A DNA stretch of 64,000 nucleotides from an uncultured Anaeromyxobacteraceae bacterium. GTDB taxonomy: Bacteria > Myxococcota_A > UBA9042 > DTJE01. The position numbers and the translations under genes were made by a program. The stretch spans positions 80,343-144,342 of the forward strand of contig CAZFVA010000001.1 in the NCBI GenBank assembly GCA_964522105.1. The letters are read 5' to 3'. Shown here piece after piece: positions 35,753-46,013 of the stretch. The first letter of the stretch is position 1; the number at the start of each line of letters is the position of its first letter. The notes under the pieces were generated by a model. The model had not been told where the DNA came from, ran no database searches, and saw only the letters and a program-made list of their open reading frames with translations.

Positions 35753-37096
35753 ATGACATCTTCAATGAACAGACTGGGAAAAGAAGACCTTCTTGAACTT
35801 TGCAAGGCAGAAAAGATTCGTTTCCTGCGCCTTCAGTTCACTGACATTGACGGTTGCAACAAGAACGTTGAAGTTCCGGAACGCCAGTTTGAAAGGGCTT
35901 TTGACGGCAAGATCATGTTTGACGGGTCATCGATTGCCGGATTCGTCCGCATTGAAGAATCCGACATGCTGCTGAAGCCAGACCTGGAAACATTCCTTAT
36001 ATTTCCCTGGGAAGACCACCGTGGCCGCGTTGCCCGCGTCATCTGCGACGTCGCCAACCCCGATGGCACCCCGTTCCCGGGATGTCCAAGGTCAGCCCTG
36101 AAACGCGTCAAAAATGAAATTCTGGACATGGGTTACAACCCGATGCTCGGCCCTGAAGCCGAGTTCTACCTTTTCCAGCGCAACCCTGACGGCACACCGA
36201 CTACGATTACGCATGATCGCGGGTCATACTTTGATCTGGCACCAATTGACCAGGGCGAAGACTGCCGCAGATCAATCGTCAACGCGCTTGAACAGATGGG
36301 CTTTGAAGTAGAAGCGGCGCATCACGAGTGCGGTGCCGGCCAGCACGAAATCGACTTCAAATATGATGAAGCCGTTTCAACTGCCGACAAAATCGCCACC
36401 TTCAAGTTTGTTGTCCGCAAAATAGCCATCGACTACAACCTTCACGCCACGTTCATGCCTAAGCCGATCCAGGGAATCGCCGGGTCAGGCATGCACACGC
36501 ACATCTCGCTGTTTGAACATGGCAAGAACATCTTTGATGACCCGAAGGGGGCGGACGGCCTTTCGCAGATGGCTCTGTGGTTCATTGGCGGCCTGCTGGA
36601 ACACGCAAGGGGCATGTGCGCCATCACGAACCCGACAATCAATTCCTACAAGCGACTGGTGCCTGAATTCGAGGCTCCGACAAACATAGTGTGGTCGCTG
36701 CGCAACAGGTCGCCCCTGCTTCGCATCCCCGACCAGCGCGGCAACGGTGCCCGCGTCGAAGTCCGTAATCCCGATCCTTCATGCAATCCTTATCTGGCGT
36801 TTACAGCGATGCTTTCGGCAGGCATCGACGGTATCAAGAACAAGCGCGACCCGGGACCGGCCGTTAACAAGAACATCTTCGCCATGTCACAGCGCGAAAA
36901 GCGCCGCCTGAAGATCGACGAACTGCCGGCTGACCTTGGCGAAGCCATCGAATGTCTGCAAAAGGACAACGTAATCAGGGAAGCGATTGGAAACCACCTG
37001 TTTGAAAGCCTGATAGAAGCCAAATCACGCGAATGGGCAGAATTCAGGGCGTGCGTTCATCAGTGGGAACTGGACCGTTATCTGGCAAGGCATTAG
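35753..37096 (+). CDS. glnA: Glutamine synthetase, type I
   Basis: 447 aa from the ATG at 35753. GS-I signatures are present: FDGSSIAGF, DVANPDGTPFPG, KPIQGIAGSGMHTHISLF, NPYLAFTAMLSAGIDG, and the adenylylation-region motif NIFAMSQREK. Confidence 0.9.
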   Translation: MTSSMNRLGKEDLLELCKAEKIRFLRLQFTDIDGCNKNVEVPERQFERAFDGKIMFDGSSIAGFVRIEESDMLLKPDLETFLIFPWEDHRGRVARVICDVANPDGTPFPGCPRSALKRVKNEILDMGYNPMLGPEAEFYLFQRNPDGTPTTITHDRGSYFDLAPIDQGEDCRRSIVNALEQMGFEVEAAHHECGAGQHEIDFKYDEAVSTADKIATFKFVVRKIAIDYNLHATFMPKPIQGIAGSGMHTHISLFEHGKNIFDDPKGADGLSQMALWFIGGLLEHARGMCAITNPTINSYKRLVPEFEAPTNIVWSLRNRSPLLRIPDQRGNGARVEVRNPDPSCNPYLAFTAMLSAGIDGIKNKRDPGPAVNKNIFAMSQREKRRLKIDELPADLGEAIECLQKDNVIREAIGNHLFESLIEAKSREWAEFRACVHQWELDRYLARH

Positions 37097-37266
37097 CACC
37101 ATCCAGACCCCGGGCAGGCACCTGGCAAGCCGCCGACGACGCACCGCACGAACCGCAATTATTCAACCGCGGCATAATATTTTCCAAATAACGCAAACTT
37201 AGGCTTCAAACTGTCAACGTCATGACTTAACATCAGAACAAGAGGACTGCACATACCGAGGACGCG

Positions 37267-37956
37267 ATGATTGAGCCGGACTCACCAGCAGGTACTCTTG
37301 CGACCGCCATCAAAGTGTTCGTCATCGACGACCACGAAATATTCAGACAAGGATTACAGCAACTTATATCAAGCCAGACAGACATGGTCTTTTCAGGCGG
37401 TGCCGCGACAGCCGTCGAAGCAATCACCAAAATCAAGATCGCGATACCGGACATAATTATTCTGGACCTTTCACTGAAAGGCCATTCCGGCATCGAGACG
37501 TTAAAAGACATTCGCGCATACACGTCAGAACCGGAATTCCTTATTCTGACTGTCCATGATGAAGTCCTGTTTGCCGAACGCGCTCTGCGCGCCGGGGCAA
37601 GGGGATTCATCATGAAAGAAGAAGGGGCCGCGCGTGTTCTTGCCGGAATACGCGAGGTTGCCGCCGGGCGCTTCTTTTTCAGTGCCACAGTGGCGCAAAA
37701 GCTGATGTCAGGCCTTATCGGCAGGGGCAACGGCGACAACCGCCTGCCTATGGACCGCCTGACAGACCGCGAACTGGAAGTTTTTGAACTGATCGGGCGC
37801 GGCATGTCAACCAGACAGGTTGCAGCGGAACTGAATGTCAGCTTCAAAACCATCGAAGCGCACCGGGAAAACATCAAAAAGAAGCTTGGCATCACAGACG
37901 CTCAGGAACTGATGCGACTGGCTGTGCTGTGGGTCCAGGAACTGAACGTAAGCTAG
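37267..37956 (+). CDS. Orphan NarL/FixJ-family response regulator (REC + LuxR-type HTH)
   Basis: Receiver domain VFVIDDHEIFRQGL ... IIILDLSLKG ... ILTVHDE. The C-terminal LuxR HTH is LTDRELEVFELIGRGMSTRQVAAELNVSFKTIEAHRENIKKKLG. No histidine kinase is adjacent. Confidence 0.85.
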   Translation: MIEPDSPAGTLATAIKVFVIDDHEIFRQGLQQLISSQTDMVFSGGAATAVEAITKIKIAIPDIIILDLSLKGHSGIETLKDIRAYTSEPEFLILTVHDEVLFAERALRAGARGFIMKEEGAARVLAGIREVAAGRFFFSATVAQKLMSGLIGRGNGDNRLPMDRLTDRELEVFELIGRGMSTRQVAAELNVSFKTIEAHRENIKKKLGITDAQELMRLAVLWVQELNVS

Positions 37957-38083
37957 GAATCCCCCCTAGTAAATCCGGGGCATGCAACCTACCTGCAATT
38001 CAGACAAATATCCAATATCGCCAGGTACTTTAAGACGGCATTCTTATCCATGACGAAACACCAAAACATTTAAGGGGGCCGTC

Positions 38084-38302
38084 ATGAAGTGCAGTTGTCA
38101 GAAGGTCGAAAATATGAGTCTTTTCGATGCCTTTGAATGCCGCAGCCGTCGAATCACCGTGTCCCTGGACAAGTGCCTGAGCGACTATGTTGACGCCGAT
38201 GTTTTTAACCGGCGCAGAAGAGCCTGCTTCCGCTGTCCCGATGGACGCAAAAACCGCGAGTCCTTCGCCGGAAAGTACAATTCGGAACAACTGCTTTCTT
38301 AA
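38084..38302 (+). CDS. Small (72 aa) cytoplasmic Cys-rich protein, hypothetical
   Basis: Strong SD AAGGGGGCC sits 6 nt before the ATG. The protein has seven Cys (MKCSCQKV...FECRSRR...DKCLSDY...ACFRCPDG) and no signal peptide. It lies in the convergent gap between the response regulator and the lipoprotein gene, and competes with antisense ORF 38030..38419. Confidence 0.4.
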   Translation: MKCSCQKVENMSLFDAFECRSRRITVSLDKCLSDYVDADVFNRRRRACFRCPDGRKNRESFAGKYNSEQLLS

Positions 38303-38315
38303 CCTGCTGAAGCAC

Positions 38316-39590
38316 TTAAAATCTTGTGTCGCAGACACGCGTAACGATAGTGGTGAAGCATCCTGCATCAACAAAACTGGAACCGTTTGCATACTGTATC
38401 TTCGCCACTTCCCATCCACGAATCAGAAGCTGGTCCCAGACTTTGATTTCACGTATCAAACCTTCGATTTCACTGTCAAAAGGAACTACGTGGATGTTGG
38501 CTGCCAGGTCATCGGGCCCCCACTGCCTGCTGCATTCAATCATGGCGCGGTGGCCGTTCTGCGAGACCGAGCAATCGGTAGAAGCAATGACACCGGAAGC
38601 CACAAAAACATCAGATATCAAGGGGTCTTCGCCTTCGTAATAGCGCCTGGCGCGTACGACCCCGTCGAAGTCGGTCGGCACATCCTTTTCCAGTTCAATC
38701 GTCCATTCCGGAGTAATCAACAGCGGGGCCGGATCCTGCCCGAAAGTGCCTGAACAAGGTGGATACCGGTACACAGGACGAGCGGCGATTTCTGTCGTAG
38801 CCTTCAAATAGTCTTCACCTGACGAATAGTACACTTCAAGGGTATCGTTGAAGTCAATCTGGTCATCAGGACTGAGTCCAAGACCGATTTTTACGTATTC
38901 TAAAGACCCGATCTGGAAAGGGGCCTCTGGTTCAACAGACTTCAGCGTCAGACCATTAATCTTGTTTTTCAGACGGACAGCGGTTACCTCGTGAGATATA
39001 TCTGAATAGTTCACACAGGTTACAGATTGGCTGGCTGTTTCATCAACGCGCGCACCGGGAAAAGTAACAATCCTGGGGCTGCACAAAATATCCTGATCAC
39101 ACTGACCACGAACGACCAGCGGAATCTGCAACGAATACGGCTCGCAGTCCAGCTCCACGTCCAGCAGGGCGTATGAGGAGCAATCGCAACCGTTAAGATC
39201 TGCCGACCTGGGGCGGAAAGACACCGGGATCTCAAACGTCTGGCCGGCTTCAATATTGGCGGCTGAATCATCAGTACCAAGCTTGAAAGTCCCGCAGGTT
39301 GAATCAATCACAGTCAGCACAAAGTGATCAATCCGACCGCGTGCACCACCGATATTTGTAAATTCAATGGTGAAATCCAGCGGTTTGGTGCGATCTTGCG
39401 GCACACCGAAGTCAACCCTGTCGACCGAAGGCTCTATGCTGGCGACCCCGGTCGGCCCGCCCCCGGAATCGCAACCGGTTGCGGAAACAAGCACCGTACT
39501 GACCAGCAGAACCATCCAGCAGGCACCTGACAATTTTGTCGAAACGGATCCTTTCACAGCCACCCCGCATAAGTACAACTGCCACGACAA
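38316..39590 (-). CDS. Secreted lipoprotein of unknown function (beta-rich, 424 aa)
   Basis: Lipoprotein signal ..WMVLLVSTVLVSATGC. The remainder is long and beta-strand-like with several Cys pairs. No catalytic motif was recognised. It is immediately upstream of pilT on the same strand. Confidence 0.65.
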   Translation of the reverse strand: MSWQLYLCGVAVKGSVSTKLSGACWMVLLVSTVLVSATGCDSGGGPTGVASIEPSVDRVDFGVPQDRTKPLDFTIEFTNIGGARGRIDHFVLTVIDSTCGTFKLGTDDSAANIEAGQTFEIPVSFRPRSADLNGCDCSSYALLDVELDCEPYSLQIPLVVRGQCDQDILCSPRIVTFPGARVDETASQSVTCVNYSDISHEVTAVRLKNKINGLTLKSVEPEAPFQIGSLEYVKIGLGLSPDDQIDFNDTLEVYYSSGEDYLKATTEIAARPVYRYPPCSGTFGQDPAPLLITPEWTIELEKDVPTDFDGVVRARRYYEGEDPLISDVFVASGVIASTDCSVSQNGHRAMIECSRQWGPDDLAANIHVVPFDSEIEGLIREIKVWDQLLIRGWEVAKIQYANGSSFVDAGCFTTIVTRVCDTRF

Positions 39591-39602
39591 TCATATTCAA
39601 TT

Positions 39603-40691
39603 TCAGACAGACACGCCGAATTCAGATGACATCAAACGCCTGAAGGCCTCTTTATCAAGAGCTTTTTCAAAGGCGGCTACCGGCTCGACCAGACCTGTCC
39701 TGACAAGGTTCAGAATACATTCGTCCATCCCGATCATACCCTGTGCGCCACCGGTCCTGATCTGGTTATCAATCAAATGAGCCTTGTTTTCCCTGATCAT
39801 GTTCGGCAGGCCCATCGTCCAGAACAGCAGTTCATAAGCCGGAACACGCCCGCCCGTCTTCCTTGGCAGAAGTTGCTGGGCCAGAATGCCGCGCAGCACC
39901 CCGCCGAACATGCTGCGTACTGCGTCCTGTTCATGAACGGGAAACACGTTAATCAGGCGATCCATGGTCCTGGACGCGCTGTTCGTGTGCATCGTTGAAA
40001 GGACCAGAATCCCGGTCTCGGCAGCCTGCAAAGCCATTGAAATGGTTTCAAGATCGCGCATTTCGCCGACCAGAATGATGTCAGGATCTTCACGCACGGC
40101 AACACGAAGCGCGTCGGCAAAAGACACCGCCGAATGACCGATTTCGCGCTGACTGATGCGACACTTTTTGTTTTCATAAACAAATTCGACAGGGTCTTCA
40201 ATCGTCAGGATGTGCAGCCTGCGCGTGTCGTTCAAGTGCTTAATCAGAGCGGCCAGCGTAGTCGACTTGCCGGACCCGGTCGGCCCTGTGACCAGCACAA
40301 GCCCGCTCGGATATTCAACCAGCTTCTTCAGGCGCTCGGGCATGCCGAGATCGGCCAGCGTCACTGTGGCATTCGGAATATGTCGAAAGACCGCAGCCGG
40401 ACCGTTTTCCTGCCTGAAAAGATTGACGCGGAAGCGCCCTACCCCTTCGCACTGGTAAGCCATGTCAAGGTCACCAGTTTCTTCCCAGTGCTTCCACTTC
40501 TCAGTCGGCACTATCGGCTTCATGCCAGCCATGAAGTCATCGGTAGATAAAGGCCTGATCCGAAGGGGCGAAAGGTCGCCTGATATCCTGTAAGTCGGCG
40601 GATTTCCAACAACATAATGCAAGTCGGATGCGCCCATTTCAAGGCCAAGCTCAAGCAGGGACGAAACGTCAGAAAGTACTGGATGAGCCAT
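39603..40691 (-). CDS. pilT: Type IV pilus retraction (twitching motility) ATPase PilT
   Basis: The ORF is near-collinear with canonical PilT: ASDLHYVVGNPPTYRISGD, GVGRFRVNLFRQENGPAAVFRHIP, GLVLVTGPTGSGKSTTLAALI, ILTIEDPVEFVYENKKCRISQREIG, REDPDIILVGEMRDLETISMALQAAETGILVLSTMHT, and the C-terminal AHLIDNQIRTGGAQGM. Confidence 0.9.
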   Translation of the reverse strand: MAHPVLSDVSSLLELGLEMGASDLHYVVGNPPTYRISGDLSPLRIRPLSTDDFMAGMKPIVPTEKWKHWEETGDLDMAYQCEGVGRFRVNLFRQENGPAAVFRHIPNATVTLADLGMPERLKKLVEYPSGLVLVTGPTGSGKSTTLAALIKHLNDTRRLHILTIEDPVEFVYENKKCRISQREIGHSAVSFADALRVAVREDPDIILVGEMRDLETISMALQAAETGILVLSTMHTNSASRTMDRLINVFPVHEQDAVRSMFGGVLRGILAQQLLPRKTGGRVPAYELLFWTMGLPNMIRENKAHLIDNQIRTGGAQGMIGMDECILNLVRTGLVEPVAAFEKALDKEAFRRLMSSEFGVSV

Positions 40692-42553
40692 TACGTCTTC
40701 TCCCTTTCTGTCCATGCGCGGAAGGCGTCCTTGTCGATAGCGCGCGATATTGCATCTTCAACACGGATTTTTCCGGACTCCAGAAGCTTGATAAGGGCAT
40801 TGTCCATCGTCTGCATTCCGTCCACCCGGCCAAGCTGCACAGACGCCTTGATCTGATTGACCTTGTTTTCCCTGATCAATGTTGAAATGGCCGAATTGAC
40901 GACCATCAACTCAACGGCAGCAATGCGGCCCTTGCCGTCGGCCCGTGGAACCAGCGTCTGCGCCAGAATCATGCGCAGCGAATCGGCCATGGAAATGCGA
41001 ATCTGGGGCTGCTCCTGCCCGGGGAATGATTCAATCAGGCGCATGATTGCACCGACGGCGTCAGGCGTGTGCATCGTTGCAATAACGAGATGGCCTGTTT
41101 CCGATGCCTCCAGGACGCGACGCATCGTTTCAGTGTCGCGCATCTCGCCTATTACAATGACATCAGGGTCTTCACGCAGACCGGAACGCAAACCGGCGGC
41201 AAAAGACTGTGTATGTTTACCGACTTCGCGCTGATTGACGATGCCCATCGCGCTTGGAAAGACGTACTCAACCGGGTCTTCAAGCGTCAAAACGTGCCGG
41301 GGAGTGCGCTCGGATATCTCGCGGACAAAAGCGGCCATCGTCGAACTTTTGCCAGATCCGGACCTGCCGGTCACAAGCACCAGGCCCTGCTGCAGGTGGA
41401 TAATGTCTTTGACTCTTCCTGGAAGTCCAAGGGAATCAAGACGGGGGCTTTTAGAAGCAATCAACCGGATGACCGACGCCATTCCGCGCCTTTCGCAGAA
41501 CACATTCACACGGTGCCGACCAACGCCTTCAACCACGTGCGAGAAGTCAGCATCCTGCATATGTTCGTAGCGGCTGGCCAGGTGCAGCGGCATTATTTCG
41601 CGAATCGCTGCTTCAGCCGCTTCCGGCGACAGTGGCAACCCGACATCGACCAGAGCCCCGTGAATCCTGAATGCAACTGGAAGACCCGGAATAATATGTA
41701 CGTCCGAGGCACCTTCAAGTCTGGCCCGGGTCAAAAGTTCATCAAGAAAGCCACGGGTCTTTACCGCACCTGCTGCCTGCGCGTTCAGTGCCGTTTCATC
41801 GACAGGTTTACCAATAAGCTGCCCGACGCTGACCATCGACGCGACAGCCGCATTTCTGACGTCGGCATCCGGGTCAGAACCAGCAATCCGCTCAAGATAC
41901 GGCATGACCTTCTGATTTTTCATCAGGCCAAGGGCCGCGACAGCCTCTTTTCTGATGACTGAATCACTGTCCTGAATAAACCGCCCGGTTGCGCCGATGG
42001 CGGCCTGGTCCCCGGACTGTCTGATAAGTGAAATGGCATCCCATCGTAAATCTTCCAGGGCCAGAGCTTCGACCAGAATCTCAATCGCTTTCGGGCCGCC
42101 GGTCATGAAAGCAGCATCAAGGGCCAGGACCGCAAGAAGGCGGTCTTTTGAATTCAAGCAGAACCTCAAAGCCGGAAGAACATCCTTGTGAAGGATAGTC
42201 CTGGCACAGCTCATCAACAGCCGCCCATCTACACCTTCAGCTTTTGCAAGTTCAATAATGACTACCGGAGCCAGATCGTTCGCCAGTCGGCGAAGCATCC
42301 TGTCCAGCCTTTCGCGTGAAGAAACGAGCAGGTTACGGCGAATCCGCAGCGCAGCCAGCAGGGGCGATTCCCCGGGCAACGCCGGGGATTGAATCAGGAC
42401 CTTGGCGGCCTTGTTACGCTCACGATCGTCAGGACTGAACAGTGCCCGTACAAGGTCTTCTGCATCTTTGAAGCCGCCAATGCCAGCAGCAGATTTGCCG
42501 TCACCCGGTCCGTCAGCTTTGCCAGGCATAATCCCCCTTTCAGACCTGAACAC
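40691..42553 (-). CDS. PilT-family ATPase paralog with ~270-aa N-terminal HEAT/ARM-like repeat extension
   Basis: The C-terminal 350 aa form a PilT core: GVGRHRVNVF, GLVLVTGRSGSGKSSTMAAFV, LTLEDPVEYVF, REDPDVIVIGEMRDTETMRRVLEASETGHLVIATMHT. The N-terminal half shows repeated helical-pair units (..DSDSVIRKEAVAALGLM.., ..DPDADVRNAAVASMVS..), typical of HEAT repeats. Its stop overlaps the pilT start (TAATG). Confidence 0.8.
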   Translation of the reverse strand: MFRSERGIMPGKADGPGDGKSAAGIGGFKDAEDLVRALFSPDDRERNKAAKVLIQSPALPGESPLLAALRIRRNLLVSSRERLDRMLRRLANDLAPVVIIELAKAEGVDGRLLMSCARTILHKDVLPALRFCLNSKDRLLAVLALDAAFMTGGPKAIEILVEALALEDLRWDAISLIRQSGDQAAIGATGRFIQDSDSVIRKEAVAALGLMKNQKVMPYLERIAGSDPDADVRNAAVASMVSVGQLIGKPVDETALNAQAAGAVKTRGFLDELLTRARLEGASDVHIIPGLPVAFRIHGALVDVGLPLSPEAAEAAIREIMPLHLASRYEHMQDADFSHVVEGVGRHRVNVFCERRGMASVIRLIASKSPRLDSLGLPGRVKDIIHLQQGLVLVTGRSGSGKSSTMAAFVREISERTPRHVLTLEDPVEYVFPSAMGIVNQREVGKHTQSFAAGLRSGLREDPDVIVIGEMRDTETMRRVLEASETGHLVIATMHTPDAVGAIMRLIESFPGQEQPQIRISMADSLRMILAQTLVPRADGKGRIAAVELMVVNSAISTLIRENKVNQIKASVQLGRVDGMQTMDNALIKLLESGKIRVEDAISRAIDKDAFRAWTEREKT

Positions 42554-42636
42554 ACCGAATCACGATGCGTCCGAATCCACATCAGCCATTCCCCCCGGAC
42601 CGACCGACATGTCTGGATTATAAGATCAAAATGACA

Positions 42637-45258
42637 TTACTTGCAGGAAACACGGCCCCGGAGTTTCAAAATGTCGAACCACAGGACACAGACAATGCCT
42701 GCCGTCATGCAACAGACGGCGTCAAACATGTGTGGTCTGGCAAAATGAAACAGATTCTGCGTGAATGGAACGCAAAGGATGACGGGAAGCAACACAGCCG
42801 TACCCAGGAAAACCCATTTCAGGGCCTTGTTCGGAACACGCAGCATCGACCACAAAGTCCTGGTCCACGACCTGTTGACCATGATAATTGTCAGAAAAGA
42901 AACGACCAGAGTCGCGAACGTCAGCGCCCGGGCCGCGTCAACGCTGTGATCCCTGCGGGAAAGCACAAACACGGTCAGACACACCGCAAGCACACTGAGG
43001 CCCTGAAAAAGGGCAAGCCTCATGGTACGCCACGAAAACAGATGCTCATCAGGACTTCTTGGCAGACGCTTCATTACATCGGACTCCGGATCTTCAGCTT
43101 CGAAAATCAGGGAGCATGACGGATCAATTATCAATTCCAGAAATACGATATGGATCGGCATCAGCAACAGCGGCCATCCGCCGAAGAAGACCGGAATCAT
43201 CGACAGCCCGATGATCGGGATGTGGACAGCAACTATGAACATGACCGCCTTTTTGATGTTGTCAAACACCCGGCGGCCAAGGCGAACGGCATCAACTATC
43301 GACGAAAAATCATCGTTCAGAAGCACCAGCGAAGCCGACTCACGGGCAACGTCTGTACCACGTCCGCCCATAGCAATCCCAATATGCGCAGCCTTCAAGG
43401 CCGGAGCATCATTGACGCCATCCCCGGTCATGGCGACAACTTCACCGTTCGCCTTCAGCGCTGTAACTATCCGCAGCTTCTGTTCTGGAACGACGCGGGC
43501 AAAAACCCTGATATGGCCTATCTTTCCGGCCAGTTCACTGTCACTCATCATATCAAGTTCAGGGCCGGTAATGACGTCGTCGCCATCTGCAATACCGGCC
43601 TGACGCGCAATGCTGAGCGCCGTGGCAGGGTAATCACCAGTGATCATTATGACTTTGATACCTGCGGCCCGACATTCAGCAACTGCGGCAGGTACGGTGT
43701 CCCGCAACGGATCTTCAAAACCAAGCAAGCCGGCGTATTTCAATTCAAGATCATGATGTTTTTCGGGTAGTTCCACGATTCCGGAAACCACCCGCGCCAC
43801 CGCCAGAACCCGCAGGCCCTGTGACGCAAGCACACGGACCTCGGCCGACACCTTCTGACGATCCGTTTCCGACAGATGACACAGGTCGGCAATGGCCTCG
43901 GGGGCACCTTTAGACGCAACAACAATCTGATTATCTTCAGTCTGCCACGCTTGACTGACCGCAAGCATTTCAGGTGACAGCGGATATTCCTTTACCAGTG
44001 ACCAACCGGGATGCAGATGTTCGGTACCGGCAAGAAAGCGGACGCCGATTTCATGCAGGGCGCGCTCCATCGGGTCAAACGGGTCTTTCTTACTGGCAAG
44101 AATCGCGTTTTCAAGAAGACCATGCATATCTTCGGGAAGTGCCGTCAGGGATGGATTTATCTGAAGCGCCTGATCCGCAATTGCCAGTTGCCGGACCGAC
44201 ATCTGATTCAACGTTAAAGTACCTGTCTTATCAACGCACAATACCGTAGCTGCGCCAAGCGTCTCGACCGCAGGCATGCGCCTGGTCAACACGTTGCTGC
44301 GCGAAATTCGCCACGCTCCAAGCGCCAGAAACACAGTCAGAACTACCGGGAATTCTTCTGGAATCGTGGCCATCGCCATCGCTATACCGGCCAGCAGCCC
44401 TTCTTTCCACGCCTGCGCGTCCCCACCGCGTGTCAACCCGTAAACAACCACGACAACTGCACACGCCGAAAGCCCTATTATCGCGAACAATTTGACCAGA
44501 CGGCCGGTTTCACGCTGCAGAAGCGTCGGTTCTTCCTTAACGGTCGAAAGAGCCTTTCCAATTTTGCCCAGTTCAGACGCGTTGCCGGTCGCATAGACTT
44601 CGGCAATACCCTGCCCGGCCGTAATAAGCGTCCCTGAAAATACGGACGGCAGATCGTCACCACCAGGATTGTCGCCCGACTTACCGGGCACAATCGGCGC
44701 GTCGGAAGGAAGCTTTCTGACCGGGACCGACTCACCCGTAAGAAGTGACTCGTCCGCGCAAAGATTGATACCACGGCGCAAGATCGCGTCGGCCGGGACC
44801 CGATCACCTTCTGAAAGAACAATAAAATCGCCGGGTACGACTTCCCGACCTGCAATACGCCGATGCACCCCGTCACGGATAACAAGTGCGCGCGGGCTTG
44901 AAAGGTCACGAAGGGCGTCAAGCGCATGTTCGGTTCGCCGTTCCTGAACGATCGTTATGCCCATGACAACAAAGACAAAGCCAAGCAGCATCAGTGCATC
45001 AACCGGCTCGCCCATGAAAAGATAAAGAAGGCCCGCTGCAACAAGCATCAGAAACATCGGCTCTTTGAAGACTTCAAAGACGATTGCCAGCAGTCCATGG
45101 TTTTTCTGCGCAGGAAGTTCGTTATATCCGTCACGCTCAAGTCGCGCCCTGGCTTCGGCTTCAGAAATACCGCCAATGTTATCCAGATCCATCACAGAAA
45201 GGCGGCTACCACCTGACTCCACCGATGACCTGTTTGATCCTGATGCTGCACCGTTCAT
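42637..45258 (-). CDS. P2-type cation-transporting ATPase (Ca2+/Mg2+ pump family)
   Basis: 873 aa. P-type motifs include the phosphorylation site CVDKTGTLT, the hinge region MTGDGVNDAPALKAAHIGIAMG, and a TGES-equivalent LTGESVP. The layout is 10-TM. The N-terminus ..DGYNELP.. is typical of type IIA/B pumps. Confidence 0.9.
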   Translation of the reverse strand: MNGAASGSNRSSVESGGSRLSVMDLDNIGGISEAEARARLERDGYNELPAQKNHGLLAIVFEVFKEPMFLMLVAAGLLYLFMGEPVDALMLLGFVFVVMGITIVQERRTEHALDALRDLSSPRALVIRDGVHRRIAGREVVPGDFIVLSEGDRVPADAILRRGINLCADESLLTGESVPVRKLPSDAPIVPGKSGDNPGGDDLPSVFSGTLITAGQGIAEVYATGNASELGKIGKALSTVKEEPTLLQRETGRLVKLFAIIGLSACAVVVVVYGLTRGGDAQAWKEGLLAGIAMAMATIPEEFPVVLTVFLALGAWRISRSNVLTRRMPAVETLGAATVLCVDKTGTLTLNQMSVRQLAIADQALQINPSLTALPEDMHGLLENAILASKKDPFDPMERALHEIGVRFLAGTEHLHPGWSLVKEYPLSPEMLAVSQAWQTEDNQIVVASKGAPEAIADLCHLSETDRQKVSAEVRVLASQGLRVLAVARVVSGIVELPEKHHDLELKYAGLLGFEDPLRDTVPAAVAECRAAGIKVIMITGDYPATALSIARQAGIADGDDVITGPELDMMSDSELAGKIGHIRVFARVVPEQKLRIVTALKANGEVVAMTGDGVNDAPALKAAHIGIAMGGRGTDVARESASLVLLNDDFSSIVDAVRLGRRVFDNIKKAVMFIVAVHIPIIGLSMIPVFFGGWPLLLMPIHIVFLELIIDPSCSLIFEAEDPESDVMKRLPRSPDEHLFSWRTMRLALFQGLSVLAVCLTVFVLSRRDHSVDAARALTFATLVVSFLTIIMVNRSWTRTLWSMLRVPNKALKWVFLGTAVLLPVILCVPFTQNLFHFARPHMFDAVCCMTAGIVCVLWFDILKLRGRVSCK

Positions 45259-45352
45259 AAGTATCTCCTGCGAACCTTTCGGACAGATTGACTTCGACCA
45301 ATATTCTGAGCAATTATTCAGGTCTGGTCTACTCGCATTATCGGAAGGCTAT

Positions 45353-46009
45353 ATGGCACCAGCAAAAAACAGACTTGAGCCAAGAAAACCGCCAGTTCAG
45401 GGACGTTCACGAGACACGGTGGAGCTGATTCTGTCGGCGGCTGCTCAGATTTTTGAATTACACGGCTACGCCGCCGGAACTACGAACAGAATCGCCGAAC
45501 GTGCCGGCGTTTCGATAGGGACGCTTTACCAGTACTACCCAAGTAAAGAAGCTATAGCGGTCGCGCTGGTCGAAAGGCACATTGATGAAACATCACGGCG
45601 ACTTGACGAGTGGGTGGCTCACATGATTGCCGAACGGCATGACCTTCGCGCAGCGCTGCACGACTATGTAAACGCCATGCTGGACATGCACTTCGGGCGA
45701 CCGCGACTTCAACACATACTGCTGGAAGAAACGCCGTTGCCCGACAGGGTACATCTGGCGCTGGTGGAATCGGAACGCCTTGCTGCATCGACCGTTGGAC
45801 GTTTTCTTCGCATGTTTTCGCAGGTCCACCACGGCGACCCCGAGCGGGCCGCCTTCATCATGGTGCAGACTGTTGAAAGTCTGACGCACAGATTTGCGGC
45901 CCATCCCGACGAACAACAGATAATCGGACGGATCGAATTTGTGGCAGAACTTGTTAATATGCTTGACTATTATCTGACGGCAGAAGACGCCGGCCCGAAG
46001 ACCGATTGA
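45353..46009 (+). CDS. TetR-family transcriptional regulator
   Basis: N-terminal TetR HTH is RSRDTVELILSAAAQIFELHGYAAGTTNRIAERAGVSIGTLYQYYPSKEAI. It is divergent from the P-type ATPase gene. The track ORF 45065 is trimmed to the ATG at 45353 because upstream sequence overlaps the ATPase on the opposite strand. Confidence 0.8.
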   Translation: MAPAKNRLEPRKPPVQGRSRDTVELILSAAAQIFELHGYAAGTTNRIAERAGVSIGTLYQYYPSKEAIAVALVERHIDETSRRLDEWVAHMIAERHDLRAALHDYVNAMLDMHFGRPRLQHILLEETPLPDRVHLALVESERLAASTVGRFLRMFSQVHHGDPERAAFIMVQTVESLTHRFAAHPDEQQIIGRIEFVAELVNMLDYYLTAEDAGPKTD

Positions 46010-46013
46010 AGGA

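Noticed and set aside
37267-37956. Response regulator as part of a two-component operon
   Set aside because: No histidine kinase gene is adjacent on either side (glnA is upstream, a convergent lipoprotein gene downstream). It is treated as an orphan regulator, not a system.
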